Shown in pieces: positions 1 through 9,754 of a DNA stretch of 64,000 nucleotides. The stretch is from an uncultured Acetobacteraceae bacterium (GTDB lineage: Bacteria; Pseudomonadota; Alphaproteobacteria; Acetobacterales; Acetobacteraceae). The stretch is taken from the NCBI GenBank assembly GCA_964252005.1, contig CAXULX010000006.1, forward strand, positions 24,735-88,734, written 5' to 3'. The position numbers were made by a program, and so were the translations under genes. The notes under the pieces are model-generated. The model did not search any database. It was not told the DNA's origin and was given only the letters and a program-made list of their open reading frames with translations. Numbering within the stretch: the first letter of the stretch is position 1; each line of letters opens with the position of its first letter.

Positions 1-1
1 G

Positions 2-526
2 TTCCGGCTGGACGCGCGGGAGCTGGTCATGCAGGCGCGCGGCATCGGCGGCCGGCGTCCGGAGCCGAGGGTCCGCCTGCACCGGCTTGGCGCCGACGAT
101 GCGGGCGCCGTGCGGCTGATCGACGGGGCCGACGTGGTGGTCGCCGCCCTAGGCTACCGCCCCCGGGCGCTTCCGGTGCACGGCCAGGACGGGCGGCCGA
201 TCACGCTGCTGTCGCAGACCGGGCCGCAGAAGCCCTTGGTGGACAACCAGTGCCGGGTCCTGGACGGCGGCGGGCGGCCGGTGCCCGGCCTGTTCGGGAT
301 CGGCCTCGGCGCCGGTTTCGTGCCGCGCGGCCGTCTGGGTGGGGAGGCGAGCTTCCGCGGCCAGGCGAACGGCCTTTGGCTGTGGCAGCACGATGTCGGC
401 TCGCTGATCATCGACGCCGTCATGCGGCCGTTCGGCCCTGCCCTGGAGCCGCGGGATGAAGCCCGGCGCTGGGTGCCCGCGAACGCCCCCCAGTCCGTCT
501 CCAGCCTTGCCGCCGAGGGAGCGTGA
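2..526 (+). CDS. FAD/NAD(P)-dependent oxidoreductase, C-terminal part (5' end outside window)
   Basis: Frame open from base 2; ADVVVAALGYRP and VPGLFGIG motifs typical of flavoprotein C-terminal halves; stop overlaps next GTG (GTGA). Confidence 0.65.
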   Translation, partial: FRLDARELVMQARGIGGRRPEPRVRLHRLGADDAGAVRLIDGADVVVAALGYRPRALPVHGQDGRPITLLSQTGPQKPLVDNQCRVLDGGGRPVPGLFGIGLGAGFVPRGRLGGEASFRGQANGLWLWQHDVGSLIIDAVMRPFGPALEPRDEARRWVPANAPQSVSSLAAEGA

Positions 527-1803
527 CCGTGCGGGTTCCCCTGGTCCGTCCGGCTCCGCCGCCCTTGAGCGAGGCCGCGGCACGGCTCCGCGAGATCGAG
601 GACAGCGGCGTGTTCAGCAATTTCGGCCCCGTCAACGCGAAGCTCGAGCATGACATGGCCGCCCGCCTGTTCTCCGGGGAAGGGGCTTGCCTCACGGTAT
701 GCAACGCCACCATCGGCCTCATGCTGGCGGTGCAGCACGCCATCGGCGCCCGCCCGACCCAGCGGCAAACGCCCGGCGTTCCCATGAGGCCGCGCTACGC
801 GCTGATGCCGTCCTTCACCTTCGCCGCCGCCGCCCAGGCCGCCATGTGGTGCGGGCTCACACCGCTGTTCTGCGACATCGATCCGAAGACCTGGACGGCC
901 TGCGCCGCCGACGAGGAGCGGCTGCTCGCCCGGCATGGCGGCGATGTCGCCGTCGTCATGCCGTATGCCACGTTCGGCTACGACCTCGACCTCGCGCGCT
1001 ATGCGGGGCTGACGCGGCGTACCGGCGTGCCCGTGGTGGTGGACGCCGCCGCCTCACTCGGCACGATGTCGGCCGACGGCCGCGGGTTCGGGACCGGGTT
1101 CGGGGGCTTGATCGTCTATTCGATGCACGCGACCAAGTCGTTTTCCACCGGAGAGGGCGGCATCATCTACAGCGCGGACCTGGATGCAATCGACAGGCTG
1201 CGGCAGATGAGCAACTTCGGGTTCGGCCGGCCGCGGACGGCGACGATGCCCGGCCTGAACGGCAAGCTCAGCGAAGTCGGCGCGCTGTCGGCGCATCTCC
1301 GTCTCGGCGAATACGACAAGGTCCTGGCACACCGGACGGCCCTGATGCGCCGCTATCGGCAGAGCTTGCCGGAGCTGACCTATCAGCCGGAGCTGCCGGG
1401 GACGCAGGCGCACCAGTTCGCGCCTGGGCTGCTGCCCCCTGCGCTTGCGCCCCACCGCGGCGAGATCACGGCGGCGCTGGCCCAGCAGGGCATCGGCTCG
1501 GCCACTTACTTCAGCCCCCACTTGGCGCAGCAGGACTACTTCGCCGAGCATGGGATCGGGCGCGAGCTGCCGGTGACGGACGACATCGCCAGCCGCGTCG
1601 TCAGCCTGCCGCTGTTTGACGACATGACGCAGCTGGACCTGATCGAGGTGACCACCGCCATGCGGCGGGAGGTGATGCGGGTGACGCGGACATTCCGCCG
1701 CCGTGCTGCCCGCCGCAGCGGGCCGCCAAACGGACCGCCGACGCTGCCCGCCGTGCCTTTGACCCAGGGGACCCCGCACGTCCGGACGCCCGCGCAGACT
1801 TGA
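523..1803 (+). CDS. DegT/DnrJ/EryC1/StrS family PLP-dependent aminotransferase
   Basis: CNATIGL, PSFTFAA, VVVDAAASLG and SMHATKSFSTGEGG (PLP lysine) motifs. Confidence 0.92.
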   Translation: MTVRVPLVRPAPPPLSEAAARLREIEDSGVFSNFGPVNAKLEHDMAARLFSGEGACLTVCNATIGLMLAVQHAIGARPTQRQTPGVPMRPRYALMPSFTFAAAAQAAMWCGLTPLFCDIDPKTWTACAADEERLLARHGGDVAVVMPYATFGYDLDLARYAGLTRRTGVPVVVDAAASLGTMSADGRGFGTGFGGLIVYSMHATKSFSTGEGGIIYSADLDAIDRLRQMSNFGFGRPRTATMPGLNGKLSEVGALSAHLRLGEYDKVLAHRTALMRRYRQSLPELTYQPELPGTQAHQFAPGLLPPALAPHRGEITAALAQQGIGSATYFSPHLAQQDYFAEHGIGRELPVTDDIASRVVSLPLFDDMTQLDLIEVTTAMRREVMRVTRTFRRRAARRSGPPNGPPTLPAVPLTQGTPHVRTPAQT

Positions 1804-1819
1804 CGGAGAACACCCCGGG

Positions 1820-2773
1820 ATGCGCTATGCCGTCGTTTTCAAGACGTATGCGTGGGACGCCTTCGTGCATCGCCAAGCATCCCGCTGCGAGGCTGCGACG
1901 GGTTCGGGTGACTTCTTCATCTCAATCGACGAGACCAGCGGCCCCGTCGGCCCGGTTCCATTCGACCGCGTCGTGCGCACCGGCAACGCCGAGATCACCG
2001 CCCTGGGGTTCGCCAACCGTTTCGAGCGCGGCTCGCTGCTCTGGTGGAACCCGGATTACGTGCACTACCAGTTCCAGGAACGGCACCCCGAGTACGATTA
2101 TTACGTGTTCATCGAGTACGACGTCGTGGTTCGGACGAGCATCGAGCGCCTGGTGGCACGGATGGCGGCACGGCAGGCGGACCTGATCGACCTTCCCGCA
2201 CGCACGCCGAAGCAGGACTGGTTCTGGACCATCTACCATCGGCAGACCTATGCGTTCGAGGATCTGCGGGGTTCGTTGATCTGCCTCACGGCGTTCTCCC
2301 GCCGTGCGCTCCAGATGCTGGCCGGGCGGCGCCGGGAGATGACGAGGGATGACGCCATCCGCTTCTGGCCGATGGCGGAAGTGTTCATCCCGACCGAGAT
2401 CGCCCGGGCCGGCTATCGCTCCATGTCCCTGGCCGAGTTCGGCCAGGTGGACCAATACCAATGGTTCCCCCCGGCTCTGGAAGACGACCTGGCGGGCATG
2501 GACGGGGACGCCTTCCTGCATCCAGTGCTCGACAGAAGGCGGTATGTCGCGGCGATGCTGAAATCGACCGCCCGGTTCCGCAGCTTCCTCTATCCCCGGA
2601 GCAGGATGTGGCGCTCGCTCGCGCGGTTCCCCAAGCAGGAATACTTGCCGATGCTGTATGGCGCGGCGTACCGCCGGTTGCGCCTGAGCGTCAAGGAAAA
2701 GCTGCAACGCCGGCGGCTGCGGCGCATGGCCTCATCCATGACCGGCGAACCCACGGTGACGACGAAGCCGTGA
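1820..2773 (+). CDS. Hypothetical protein, possible GT-A-like glycosyltransferase
   Basis: GGAGA RBS upstream; aromatic-rich; YDYYVFIEYDVVV resembles a DxD-type strand; late FLHPV motif. Confidence 0.55.
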   Translation: MRYAVVFKTYAWDAFVHRQASRCEAATGSGDFFISIDETSGPVGPVPFDRVVRTGNAEITALGFANRFERGSLLWWNPDYVHYQFQERHPEYDYYVFIEYDVVVRTSIERLVARMAARQADLIDLPARTPKQDWFWTIYHRQTYAFEDLRGSLICLTAFSRRALQMLAGRRREMTRDDAIRFWPMAEVFIPTEIARAGYRSMSLAEFGQVDQYQWFPPALEDDLAGMDGDAFLHPVLDRRRYVAAMLKSTARFRSFLYPRSRMWRSLARFPKQEYLPMLYGAAYRRLRLSVKEKLQRRRLRRMASSMTGEPTVTTKP

Positions 2774-2881
2774 GCGGCCCGCCTGCCCCACAGGCGGCAC
2801 GTATCCCCGCTTGGGCGGCAGCAGGCGGCCGGGTTGAGCGTGCGTCCTAAAGCACGCCGTGCCCGGCCTCCCATCCCGTCT

Positions 2882-3988
2882 TCAGCGTATCGCGGCCGCT
2901 TCGCTGCGCCGCCACTTGAGATACTGCTGCAAGAGCGCGGTCCGTTGGAAGGAGTTGAGGCCGTCCGTCGCGCGGCCCGAGGCGAAGAAGCGCGCGAAGT
3001 CCTGCCGCGCCGGGCCGTCCACCACGCGCGCCACCTCCTCGGCCGCGGCCGGGAAGCGTGTCCAGCCCGGCACCTCGGCGGCGAGGTTGACCTCCTTCCA
3101 CTTCTGGTGGGACGGCGGCTGCTGCAAGTCGCCGAGACGCCCGAACAGCGCAGTCACGAGCCGCGCCACGTAGCGATAGCGCTCGCTGCCCATCGGCCAG
3201 GCATAAACCGCGAGCACCCCTCCCGTCGTCAGGGTGTCCACCACCTGCTCGTCGGGCACGAGGTTCGGGTAGTCCGCGTGCGTGATGTTGCCCGGCGCAT
3301 AGGTCTGCAAGAGCCGCGCGTCATCCCGCGGCAAGGGCAGGAGGTGCAGGCCGGCGTCGGCCGGCAGCTTGAGGAAGATGTCGGCCGGCTTGCCGGTCAC
3401 CCGCACGACGGCGGCGATCTCTCCCCGCTTGAGCTTCTCCATCGCCACCTCCTGCGGGTCGGGCGAGAAGGTGACGGGGATGCCCAGCGTCGCGAACAGC
3501 ATCCGCGCCGTCATCGCCGAGCCGGACCGCGGCAAATCCGCGTTGATCGTCTTGCCCCGGAGATCGTCGAGCATGCGCACGTCGGGGCCGGCGATGACGT
3601 GCACCTCCTCGTCGAACAGCTTGGCGATGTATTGGATCGACCGCGTCGTGCCGGGTTGCAGGAACCTCTCGCGCTCCGCGCCGCCCAGCACGTCCGCCTG
3701 CACGACGGCCACATCGACGCCGCGCAGATGCAGGAGGTCGTCCAGGTTCCGCACCGACCCTTGCCCGACGATCGGCACGACGCGCAGGTCGGGTCCGTTC
3801 AGGATGTTGGCGAGGTCCGTCGCGATGCGCAGGTCGGTGCCCCCGACCCCGGCGCCCTCGACGCCGACGACGAACGCCGGGGCCTGCCCTGGGACCGGGG
3901 GCGGCAGCGTGCCGGGGGGGCGGGCCGCCGCAGGACCAGCAGGCCAGCCCAGCGAGGCGGCGAGGATGGCAGCAAAAGCTATTCGCAT
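2882..3988 (-). CDS. TAXI family TRAP solute-binding protein
   Basis: Signal peptide MRIAFAAILAASLG; GQGSVRNLDDL, DVAVVQAD, KLFDEEVHVIA, LDDLRGK. Alternative start at 4009. Confidence 0.85.
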   Translation of the reverse strand: MRIAFAAILAASLGWPAGPAAARPPGTLPPPVPGQAPAFVVGVEGAGVGGTDLRIATDLANILNGPDLRVVPIVGQGSVRNLDDLLHLRGVDVAVVQADVLGGAERERFLQPGTTRSIQYIAKLFDEEVHVIAGPDVRMLDDLRGKTINADLPRSGSAMTARMLFATLGIPVTFSPDPQEVAMEKLKRGEIAAVVRVTGKPADIFLKLPADAGLHLLPLPRDDARLLQTYAPGNITHADYPNLVPDEQVVDTLTTGGVLAVYAWPMGSERYRYVARLVTALFGRLGDLQQPPSHQKWKEVNLAAEVPGWTRFPAAAEEVARVVDGPARQDFARFFASGRATDGLNSFQRTALLQQYLKWRRSEAAAIR

Positions 3989-4013
3989 TCTGATCCGGTT
4001 CCGATCCATCGAG

Positions 4014-4622
4014 TCATTGAGGCGTGCTCCGGCCGAGTTGCCGGGCACGGTCCCGCCATGTCTGGGCCAGGGCCGCGTCGGGCACGATCCCGATCACGCC
4101 GATGCGGCGCAGCTCCTTGGCGTCGTAAGTCCTGGACAGCGCCTCGGCGCACGGCCCGCAGCCAGCCTCGGCGCCGCGCTGGTAGTAGCGCCGCGCACCT
4201 GAGATATCGCTGGCCTGGAACGCCGCATCGCCCCTGCGCCGCAGCAGGTCGAGCAGCCCGGCGGAGGCCAGGGCCGACGCTGGGCGGGCCTGCGGCAGGG
4301 GCGGAGGGGCCACGGCAACCTCGGGGGCGGTGACGGCCTCGGCGGGTCCATGCCCCGCATCGAGCGTCATGTGGTCGAGGTCCTCCATCAGCTTGACCAT
4401 CGCCGCGATGCCCTCTGGGCCGGCCCGCGGCATCAGCCGCGCAGCCTCGTCAATCGTCTTTCCCACCTCTGCCGTCGCGTGGTGGGCCGCCTGGTCCTGA
4501 GCCTGGGCGACAAGGCGGCGGATTTCGTCATCCGTCCCGTTCGCCCGCACCGGCCCGTCGAGGCTCAGCAGGACGCCGGCAATGCCCGCCAACAGAACGA
4601 ATCTGTTTACAAGTAAAAACAT
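4014..4622 (-). CDS. Secreted hypothetical protein with C-terminal Sel1/TPR-like helical repeat
   Basis: Hydrophobic N-terminus from ATG 4622; GDAAFQASDISGARRYYQRGAEAG...ALSRTYD; ends just upstream of the TAXI gene. Confidence 0.6.
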   Translation of the reverse strand: MFLLVNRFVLLAGIAGVLLSLDGPVRANGTDDEIRRLVAQAQDQAAHHATAEVGKTIDEAARLMPRAGPEGIAAMVKLMEDLDHMTLDAGHGPAEAVTAPEVAVAPPPLPQARPASALASAGLLDLLRRRGDAAFQASDISGARRYYQRGAEAGCGPCAEALSRTYDAKELRRIGVIGIVPDAALAQTWRDRARQLGRSTPQ

Positions 4623-4966
4623 CAGAGAAACATTCGCAAGCAGCCCATGCTCTTGGATCGGGGCATCTCGCGAGCAGCAAGTCGTACTCGTCAATAACAT
4701 ATTATAAGTGAGGCTGCTTCCGCTTTGCCCCGCGCGCAACGACAAGGACGCGGCAGCGGCACAGCTTGGCGGCCCGGCGCTGCGAACCTCCGCTTGGCTG
4801 CAAGCCGCATTCAATTGAGGGCGAGGCCGTGATACCATGCGCCGCGTCGGCCCGATGCCGCTCAAGCCGACCGTCAACCGGCGGTCCATGTCGGGCATCA
4901 CGAGGACTGCATCCTGCCGGGCGCTGGGCTTGGCCGTGCAGATCCAACCACGCAACGGAGGACAGG

Positions 4967-5995
4967 ATGGAACACAGGCGTCTGGGACGATCAGGGTTCA
5001 ACGTGCCGGCCTTGAGCCTCGGCACGGGCACGTTCGGCGGCGGCAACGACTTCTTCAAGGCGTGGGGATCGACGGACGCCCAGGGGGCGACGCGCCTGGT
5101 GGACATCTGCCTGGAGGCCGGGCTGTCCATGTTCGACAGCGCGGACATCTACTCCAACGGGCTGGCCGAGGAGATCCTGGGCCAGGCCATCGCGGGCCGC
5201 CGGCATCAGGTCATCATCTCGACCAAGGCGACGTTCCGCTCCGGGGACGGGATCAACGAGGTCGGCTCCTCGCGCCACCACCTGATCGACGCCTGCGAGC
5301 GGGCGCTCAAGCGCCTCCGCACCGACCATATCGACCTGTTCCAGCTGCACGGCTTCGACGCCATGACGCCGGTGGAGGAGACGCTGGGCACGCTCGACGA
5401 CCTGGTTCGCGCCGGCAAGATCCGCTACGTCGGCTGCTCCAACTTCTCGGGCTGGCACCTGATGAAGTCCCTGGCGGCGGCGGACCGCTACGGGCTGCCG
5501 CGCTATGTGGCGCACCAAGCCTACTACTCGCTCATCGGGCGCGACTACGAGGCCGAGCTGATGCCGCTGGGGCTGGATCAGGGCGTGGGCGCCGTGGTCT
5601 GGAGCCCGCTGGGCTGGGGACGCCTCACCGGCAAGATCCGCCGGGGCCAGCCGCTGCCCGCGAACTCGCGCCTACACGTCACGGCGGAGCAGGGTCCGCA
5701 AATGGAGGAGGCTTACCTTTACGATGTGGTGGATGCCCTGCTGGCCGTCGCCGAGGAGACCGGCAAGGCCGTGCCGCAGGTGGCGCTCAACTGGCTGCTG
5801 CAACGGCCGACGGTCGCGAACGTGATCGTCGGCGCCCGCGACGAGGCGCAGTTGCGGCAGAACCTGGGCGCCGTCGGCTGGAGCCTCACGCCCGAGCAGG
5901 TGGCGAGGCTCGACGCCGCCAGCGCCCGGCCCCTGCCCTACCCCTACTGGCACCAAGCCGGGTTCGCCGAGCGCAACCCGGCGCCGGTCGGCTAG
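4967..5995 (+). CDS. Aldo/keto reductase
   Basis: MEHRRLGRSG, FDSADIYSNG, LRTDHIDLFQLH, GKIRYVGCSN, WSPLGWG; GGAGG RBS. Confidence 0.95.
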   Translation: MEHRRLGRSGFNVPALSLGTGTFGGGNDFFKAWGSTDAQGATRLVDICLEAGLSMFDSADIYSNGLAEEILGQAIAGRRHQVIISTKATFRSGDGINEVGSSRHHLIDACERALKRLRTDHIDLFQLHGFDAMTPVEETLGTLDDLVRAGKIRYVGCSNFSGWHLMKSLAAADRYGLPRYVAHQAYYSLIGRDYEAELMPLGLDQGVGAVVWSPLGWGRLTGKIRRGQPLPANSRLHVTAEQGPQMEEAYLYDVVDALLAVAEETGKAVPQVALNWLLQRPTVANVIVGARDEAQLRQNLGAVGWSLTPEQVARLDAASARPLPYPYWHQAGFAERNPAPVG

Positions 5996-6022
5996 GAGCC
6001 TCCTCCACAAGGCGGGCTGGCC

Positions 6023-8062
6023 TCATACCTCCAGGGCGAACCCGGCCGGCCCGCCCGTCTCCATCCGCTCGGCCAAGGTCTCGACCGCAGCCGCCAGTTG
6101 GGCCAGGGCCGCCTCCAGCTCGGCGGACCCGAGACCCGGGGATGCGGGCGCCAGCGGCGTCGCCGTGCTGGCCGCCATCCCCGCCAGTTCCGCCAGCCGG
6201 GCCTCGATCCGCGCCGCCTGCATCGCCAGCCCGGCGGCGTGCGGCAGCGCGGCCATGCCTTGGCTGGCCGCCGCCACCACCCGCGCCCAATGGACGCAAT
6301 CGAGCAGGGCGGGAGCCGGCCGCTCCGTCTCGCGGCGGAGCAGCAGGCGCCGGGCGGTCAAGGGCGCGAGCGCGAGGCGCAGGTCGGCCACCTGCCGGTC
6401 CACCTGCCGCATCGCCTGCATCGGCAACGCGCCCGGCACCCCCGACAGCGCCTCGCGGCTCGACCGCACGGCATCGCGCAGCGACGCGAGCACGGCGTGC
6501 CCCGACCGCAGCACCTGGTCGCGCGTGCGGACCGGCAGCACGAAGGCCGCGACGAGGATCGCGGCGGCGGCGCCGATGGCGGTCTCCTCAAGCCGCAGCA
6601 GCAGCAGGTCCTCGGGCGGCGCCCCGAGCATGCCATAGAGCAGGCCGAGCATGACCGTGACGCAGAAGATGCCCGCGGTGTAGGAGGCCAGGAACAGGTA
6701 GAACATGCCGAAGATCGACAGCAGCAGCGCCCCGGCCTGCAGGCCCTGACTGCCCGCCAGCAGCGTCGCCAGGACCAGGCCGCTGCCGATCCCGAGCACC
6801 GTCCCCAGAAGGCGTTGCAGCCCCTTATGGATGGTGTCCCCGCGGGAGCGCGCGTTGAGGAACACGACGTAAACCGTCAGCACCGCCCAGAACCAGCGTT
6901 GCGGCGACAGCGCCATGCCGCCCGCCATGGCCAGCGCCGCCGCCAAGGTGACCCGTGTGGCGAGCCTCCAGGCCAGCGGCCCCGGCGGCGGCCGCGCCGC
7001 CGGCGGCTCCCCGACGGCCGGCCCGATCCCCTGCGCGGCGACGCCCAAAGCGTGCACGGCATGGCCCAGCGTCGCCAGGTCGGCGCGCAGGGTGCCCTGC
7101 TCCAGCAGGCCGGCCGTGCTGGCGTACCGGCGGCCTCGCCGCATCCGACGCTCATGCAGGCGCAGCCGCAGGGCGTGGCGCGGCCCCGGCGGCGCCGCGC
7201 GCAATCCCCCGATCAGGCGGGCCGTCGCAAGCTCGAGGTCGATCAGCCTGGCCCGCATCGCGTCGCGGCCGTCGGGGAGCAGCAGCGCCAACTGGTCGTC
7301 GGCCGCCAGCGCCGCCTCGTTCAGCCGCACCAGGTCGCGGCGGAACCGCCGCGCCGCGCCGCTGGACGCGGGCGCCTCCCCGGCGATCCGGCCGGCGCTG
7401 CGCAGCACCTGCGCCGCCCGCCCCTGCACCGCCGCAGCCGTGCGGCGGAGCGTCGCCGCAGGGTCCAGCGGCACCACGACGAAGCCCGCAAAGGCGACGA
7501 CCGGAGCCGCCAGCACGAGAGACAGAAGCTGGATGGGCAAGGTGGCCGGCGGCAGTTCGAGATAAAGGCCCACATACGACGTCACCACCGCCATCAAACC
7601 GATGCCGATCATGCGGGGGCTGCGGGGATGCAGCAGGAAGCACAGGAACACGAGCACCAGGAAGCAGCTGTCGCCGGCCGGGCCGTGGCCGTGCAGCAGC
7701 GCGGTGCCGACCGTCGCCGCGGCGGCGGCCAGCATCAAAGTCAGCAAGGTGCGCTGCCGCTGCCGCCGCGTCAGCTCGCGCATCAGGAACGGCCCCACCA
7801 TGCTGAACGTGACCCCGCTCGCGAACTCCTGGAGCGGCGCGCCCAGGAGCCGCGCGCCCAGCAGCGCTGCGACGGTGGTCAGGAACACCGAAAGCGTGCC
7901 GCGCACCGCGAGCGTCAGCCGCGCAAGCCCGGGATCGGAGGTCGCCAGGTGCTCCTGCACCACGACGAGGACCGGGTCCGCCATCCCGGCCGCGCGCGCC
8001 CAGGCACTCCTTCGCTCATGCAGCATGGCACGCACCATACGGACAGGCCCGGGGCGCGTCAC
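6023..8062 (-). CDS. FUSC family (aromatic acid/fusaric acid exporter-like) membrane protein
   Basis: SDPGLARL N-terminus, RWFWAVLT, QRLLGTVLG, RLEETAIG. Start uncertain (8062 GTG or 7984 ATG). Confidence 0.85.
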   Translation of the reverse strand: MTRPGPVRMVRAMLHERRSAWARAAGMADPVLVVVQEHLATSDPGLARLTLAVRGTLSVFLTTVAALLGARLLGAPLQEFASGVTFSMVGPFLMRELTRRQRQRTLLTLMLAAAAATVGTALLHGHGPAGDSCFLVLVFLCFLLHPRSPRMIGIGLMAVVTSYVGLYLELPPATLPIQLLSLVLAAPVVAFAGFVVVPLDPAATLRRTAAAVQGRAAQVLRSAGRIAGEAPASSGAARRFRRDLVRLNEAALAADDQLALLLPDGRDAMRARLIDLELATARLIGGLRAAPPGPRHALRLRLHERRMRRGRRYASTAGLLEQGTLRADLATLGHAVHALGVAAQGIGPAVGEPPAARPPPGPLAWRLATRVTLAAALAMAGGMALSPQRWFWAVLTVYVVFLNARSRGDTIHKGLQRLLGTVLGIGSGLVLATLLAGSQGLQAGALLLSIFGMFYLFLASYTAGIFCVTVMLGLLYGMLGAPPEDLLLLRLEETAIGAAAAILVAAFVLPVRTRDQVLRSGHAVLASLRDAVRSSREALSGVPGALPMQAMRQVDRQVADLRLALAPLTARRLLLRRETERPAPALLDCVHWARVVAAASQGMAALPHAAGLAMQAARIEARLAELAGMAASTATPLAPASPGLGSAELEAALAQLAAAVETLAERMETGGPAGFALEV

Positions 8063-8142
8063 CTCATGGCGGCAGGCCGCGGCGTCGCGTCGGGGACGGC
8101 GGCGGTGTACACACGGGTCGGCCGAAGCTGAACGGAGACACT

Positions 8143-9705
8143 GTGAGCATCCCGACCCACACCGACGCCGTGCAACAGGCCGTCCTGCGCCCGGCCAGCG
8201 CCCCCGTCGCGACGGTCCCGGCCGCCCGGCTGCGGACCGTGATGGCCGGGGCGCTGCTGGCGATGGTGCTGGCGGCGCTCGACCAGAACATCGTCAACAC
8301 CGCCCTGCCCCGGATGGTCGGCGACCTCGGGGGCATGGCGCACCTGTCATGGGTGGTGACGGCGTTCATGCTCACCTCCACGACCACGACGCCGCTCTAT
8401 GGCAAGCTATCGGACATCTACGGCCGGCGCACGCTGTTCTTCGTCGCCATCCTGCTGTTCCTGGCGGGATCGCTGCTGTGCGGCGCCGCCCGGTCCATGG
8501 GGCAGCTCATCGCGTTCCGGGCCTTGCAGGGCCTGGGCGCCGGCGGCCTGCTGGTGCTGGCGCAGGCGGCGATCGGCGACGTGGTCTCGCCCCGGCAGCG
8601 GCCGCGCTACCAGGGCTTGTTCACCGGCACCTTCGCGCTGGCCAGCATCGCCGGGCCGCTGCTGGGCGGGCTGATCACCTCGGCGCTGTCCTGGCGCTGG
8701 GTGTTCTACGTCAACCTGCCCGTGGGCATCCTGGCCCTGGTCATGATCGCCATCGGCCTGCGCAAGCCGCCCTCCGGCCAGGTCCGGCCCATCGACTACG
8801 CGGGCGCGCTGCTGCTGACCGGCGCCACGGCCGCGCTGCTGCTCCTGCTGGCCTGGGGCGGCACGGAGTTCCCCTGGGCCTCGCTCCCCAGCGCGGCGCT
8901 CGCGGCGGTCACGGCGGCGCTGGCCGGCTTGTTCCTGCGTCGGGAGGCGCGCGCGCCGGAGCCGCTGATCCGCCTCGCCTTGTTCCGCAACCCGATCTTC
9001 GCCCGCGGCGTGGCGGTGGGCGGGATGATGGCCTTCGCCATGCTGGGCTCGACGGTGTTCCTGCCGCTCTATTTCCAGCTGGTGCTCGACATGGACCCGG
9101 CCGCCGCCGGGGCGATGATGCTGCCGCAGGTCGTGGGCATGCTGCTGACCTCCGTGATCGGCGGACGCATCGTCGCGCGCCTGGGACGCAACAAGCCCTT
9201 CCTGCTGGCGGGCCTGGGGCTGGAGGCGGCGGCGCTGGCCAGCCTTGCCGCCTTCGCGTTCATCGGCGCCGCCCCCGGCGCCTTCCTGGTGTCGATGGGC
9301 GCGCTCGGCCTGGGGATGGGCATGGGAATGCCCAACCTGACCACCGCGGTGCAGAACGCCGTGCCGTATCGGGAACTGGGGGCCGCGACGGGCGCGACGA
9401 CCTTCGCCCGGTCCCTGGGCGGCGCGGTCGGCGTCGCGGCCTCGGGCGCGATCATGTCGGCGCGCTTGGCGTCCGCACCCGCCGGGGCGGACGGCCGGTT
9501 GGACGCAAGCGCCTTGGCCGAGCACGGCATGCAGGCCCTGTCCCAACTCACGCCCATGCAGCAGGCGGGGATCAGCACGGCCTACCGCACGGCGCTGACC
9601 GGATGCTTCCTGCTCAGCGCCGTGGTGATGACGGCGGCGTTCATCCTGGTGCTGGGCCTGCCGGAGCTGACGCTGCGCAGCGAGATCGAGGAGCGGCCGG
9701 CGTAG
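8143..9705 (+). CDS. DHA2 (EmrB/QacA-like) MFS efflux transporter
   Basis: LAALDQNIVNTALP, GKLSDIYGRR, WRWVFYVNLP; many TM segments. Confidence 0.93.
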   Translation: MSIPTHTDAVQQAVLRPASAPVATVPAARLRTVMAGALLAMVLAALDQNIVNTALPRMVGDLGGMAHLSWVVTAFMLTSTTTTPLYGKLSDIYGRRTLFFVAILLFLAGSLLCGAARSMGQLIAFRALQGLGAGGLLVLAQAAIGDVVSPRQRPRYQGLFTGTFALASIAGPLLGGLITSALSWRWVFYVNLPVGILALVMIAIGLRKPPSGQVRPIDYAGALLLTGATAALLLLLAWGGTEFPWASLPSAALAAVTAALAGLFLRREARAPEPLIRLALFRNPIFARGVAVGGMMAFAMLGSTVFLPLYFQLVLDMDPAAAGAMMLPQVVGMLLTSVIGGRIVARLGRNKPFLLAGLGLEAAALASLAAFAFIGAAPGAFLVSMGALGLGMGMGMPNLTTAVQNAVPYRELGAATGATTFARSLGGAVGVAASGAIMSARLASAPAGADGRLDASALAEHGMQALSQLTPMQQAGISTAYRTALTGCFLLSAVVMTAAFILVLGLPELTLRSEIEERPA

Positions 9706-9709
9706 CGCC

Positions 9710-9754
9710 GTGACACGCCCCACCGTGACACGCCCCGCTGTGACACGTCCGGCC
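9710..9754 (+). repeat. 3 x 15-bp imperfect tandem repeat at lipid kinase start
   Basis: gtgacacgccccacc / gtgacacgccccgct / gtgacacgtccggcc. Confidence 0.85.

Noticed and set aside
2775-2866. GC hairpins between convergent genes as a possible ncRNA
   Set aside because: Short imperfect stems, not repeated elsewhere in the window; at most a terminator.
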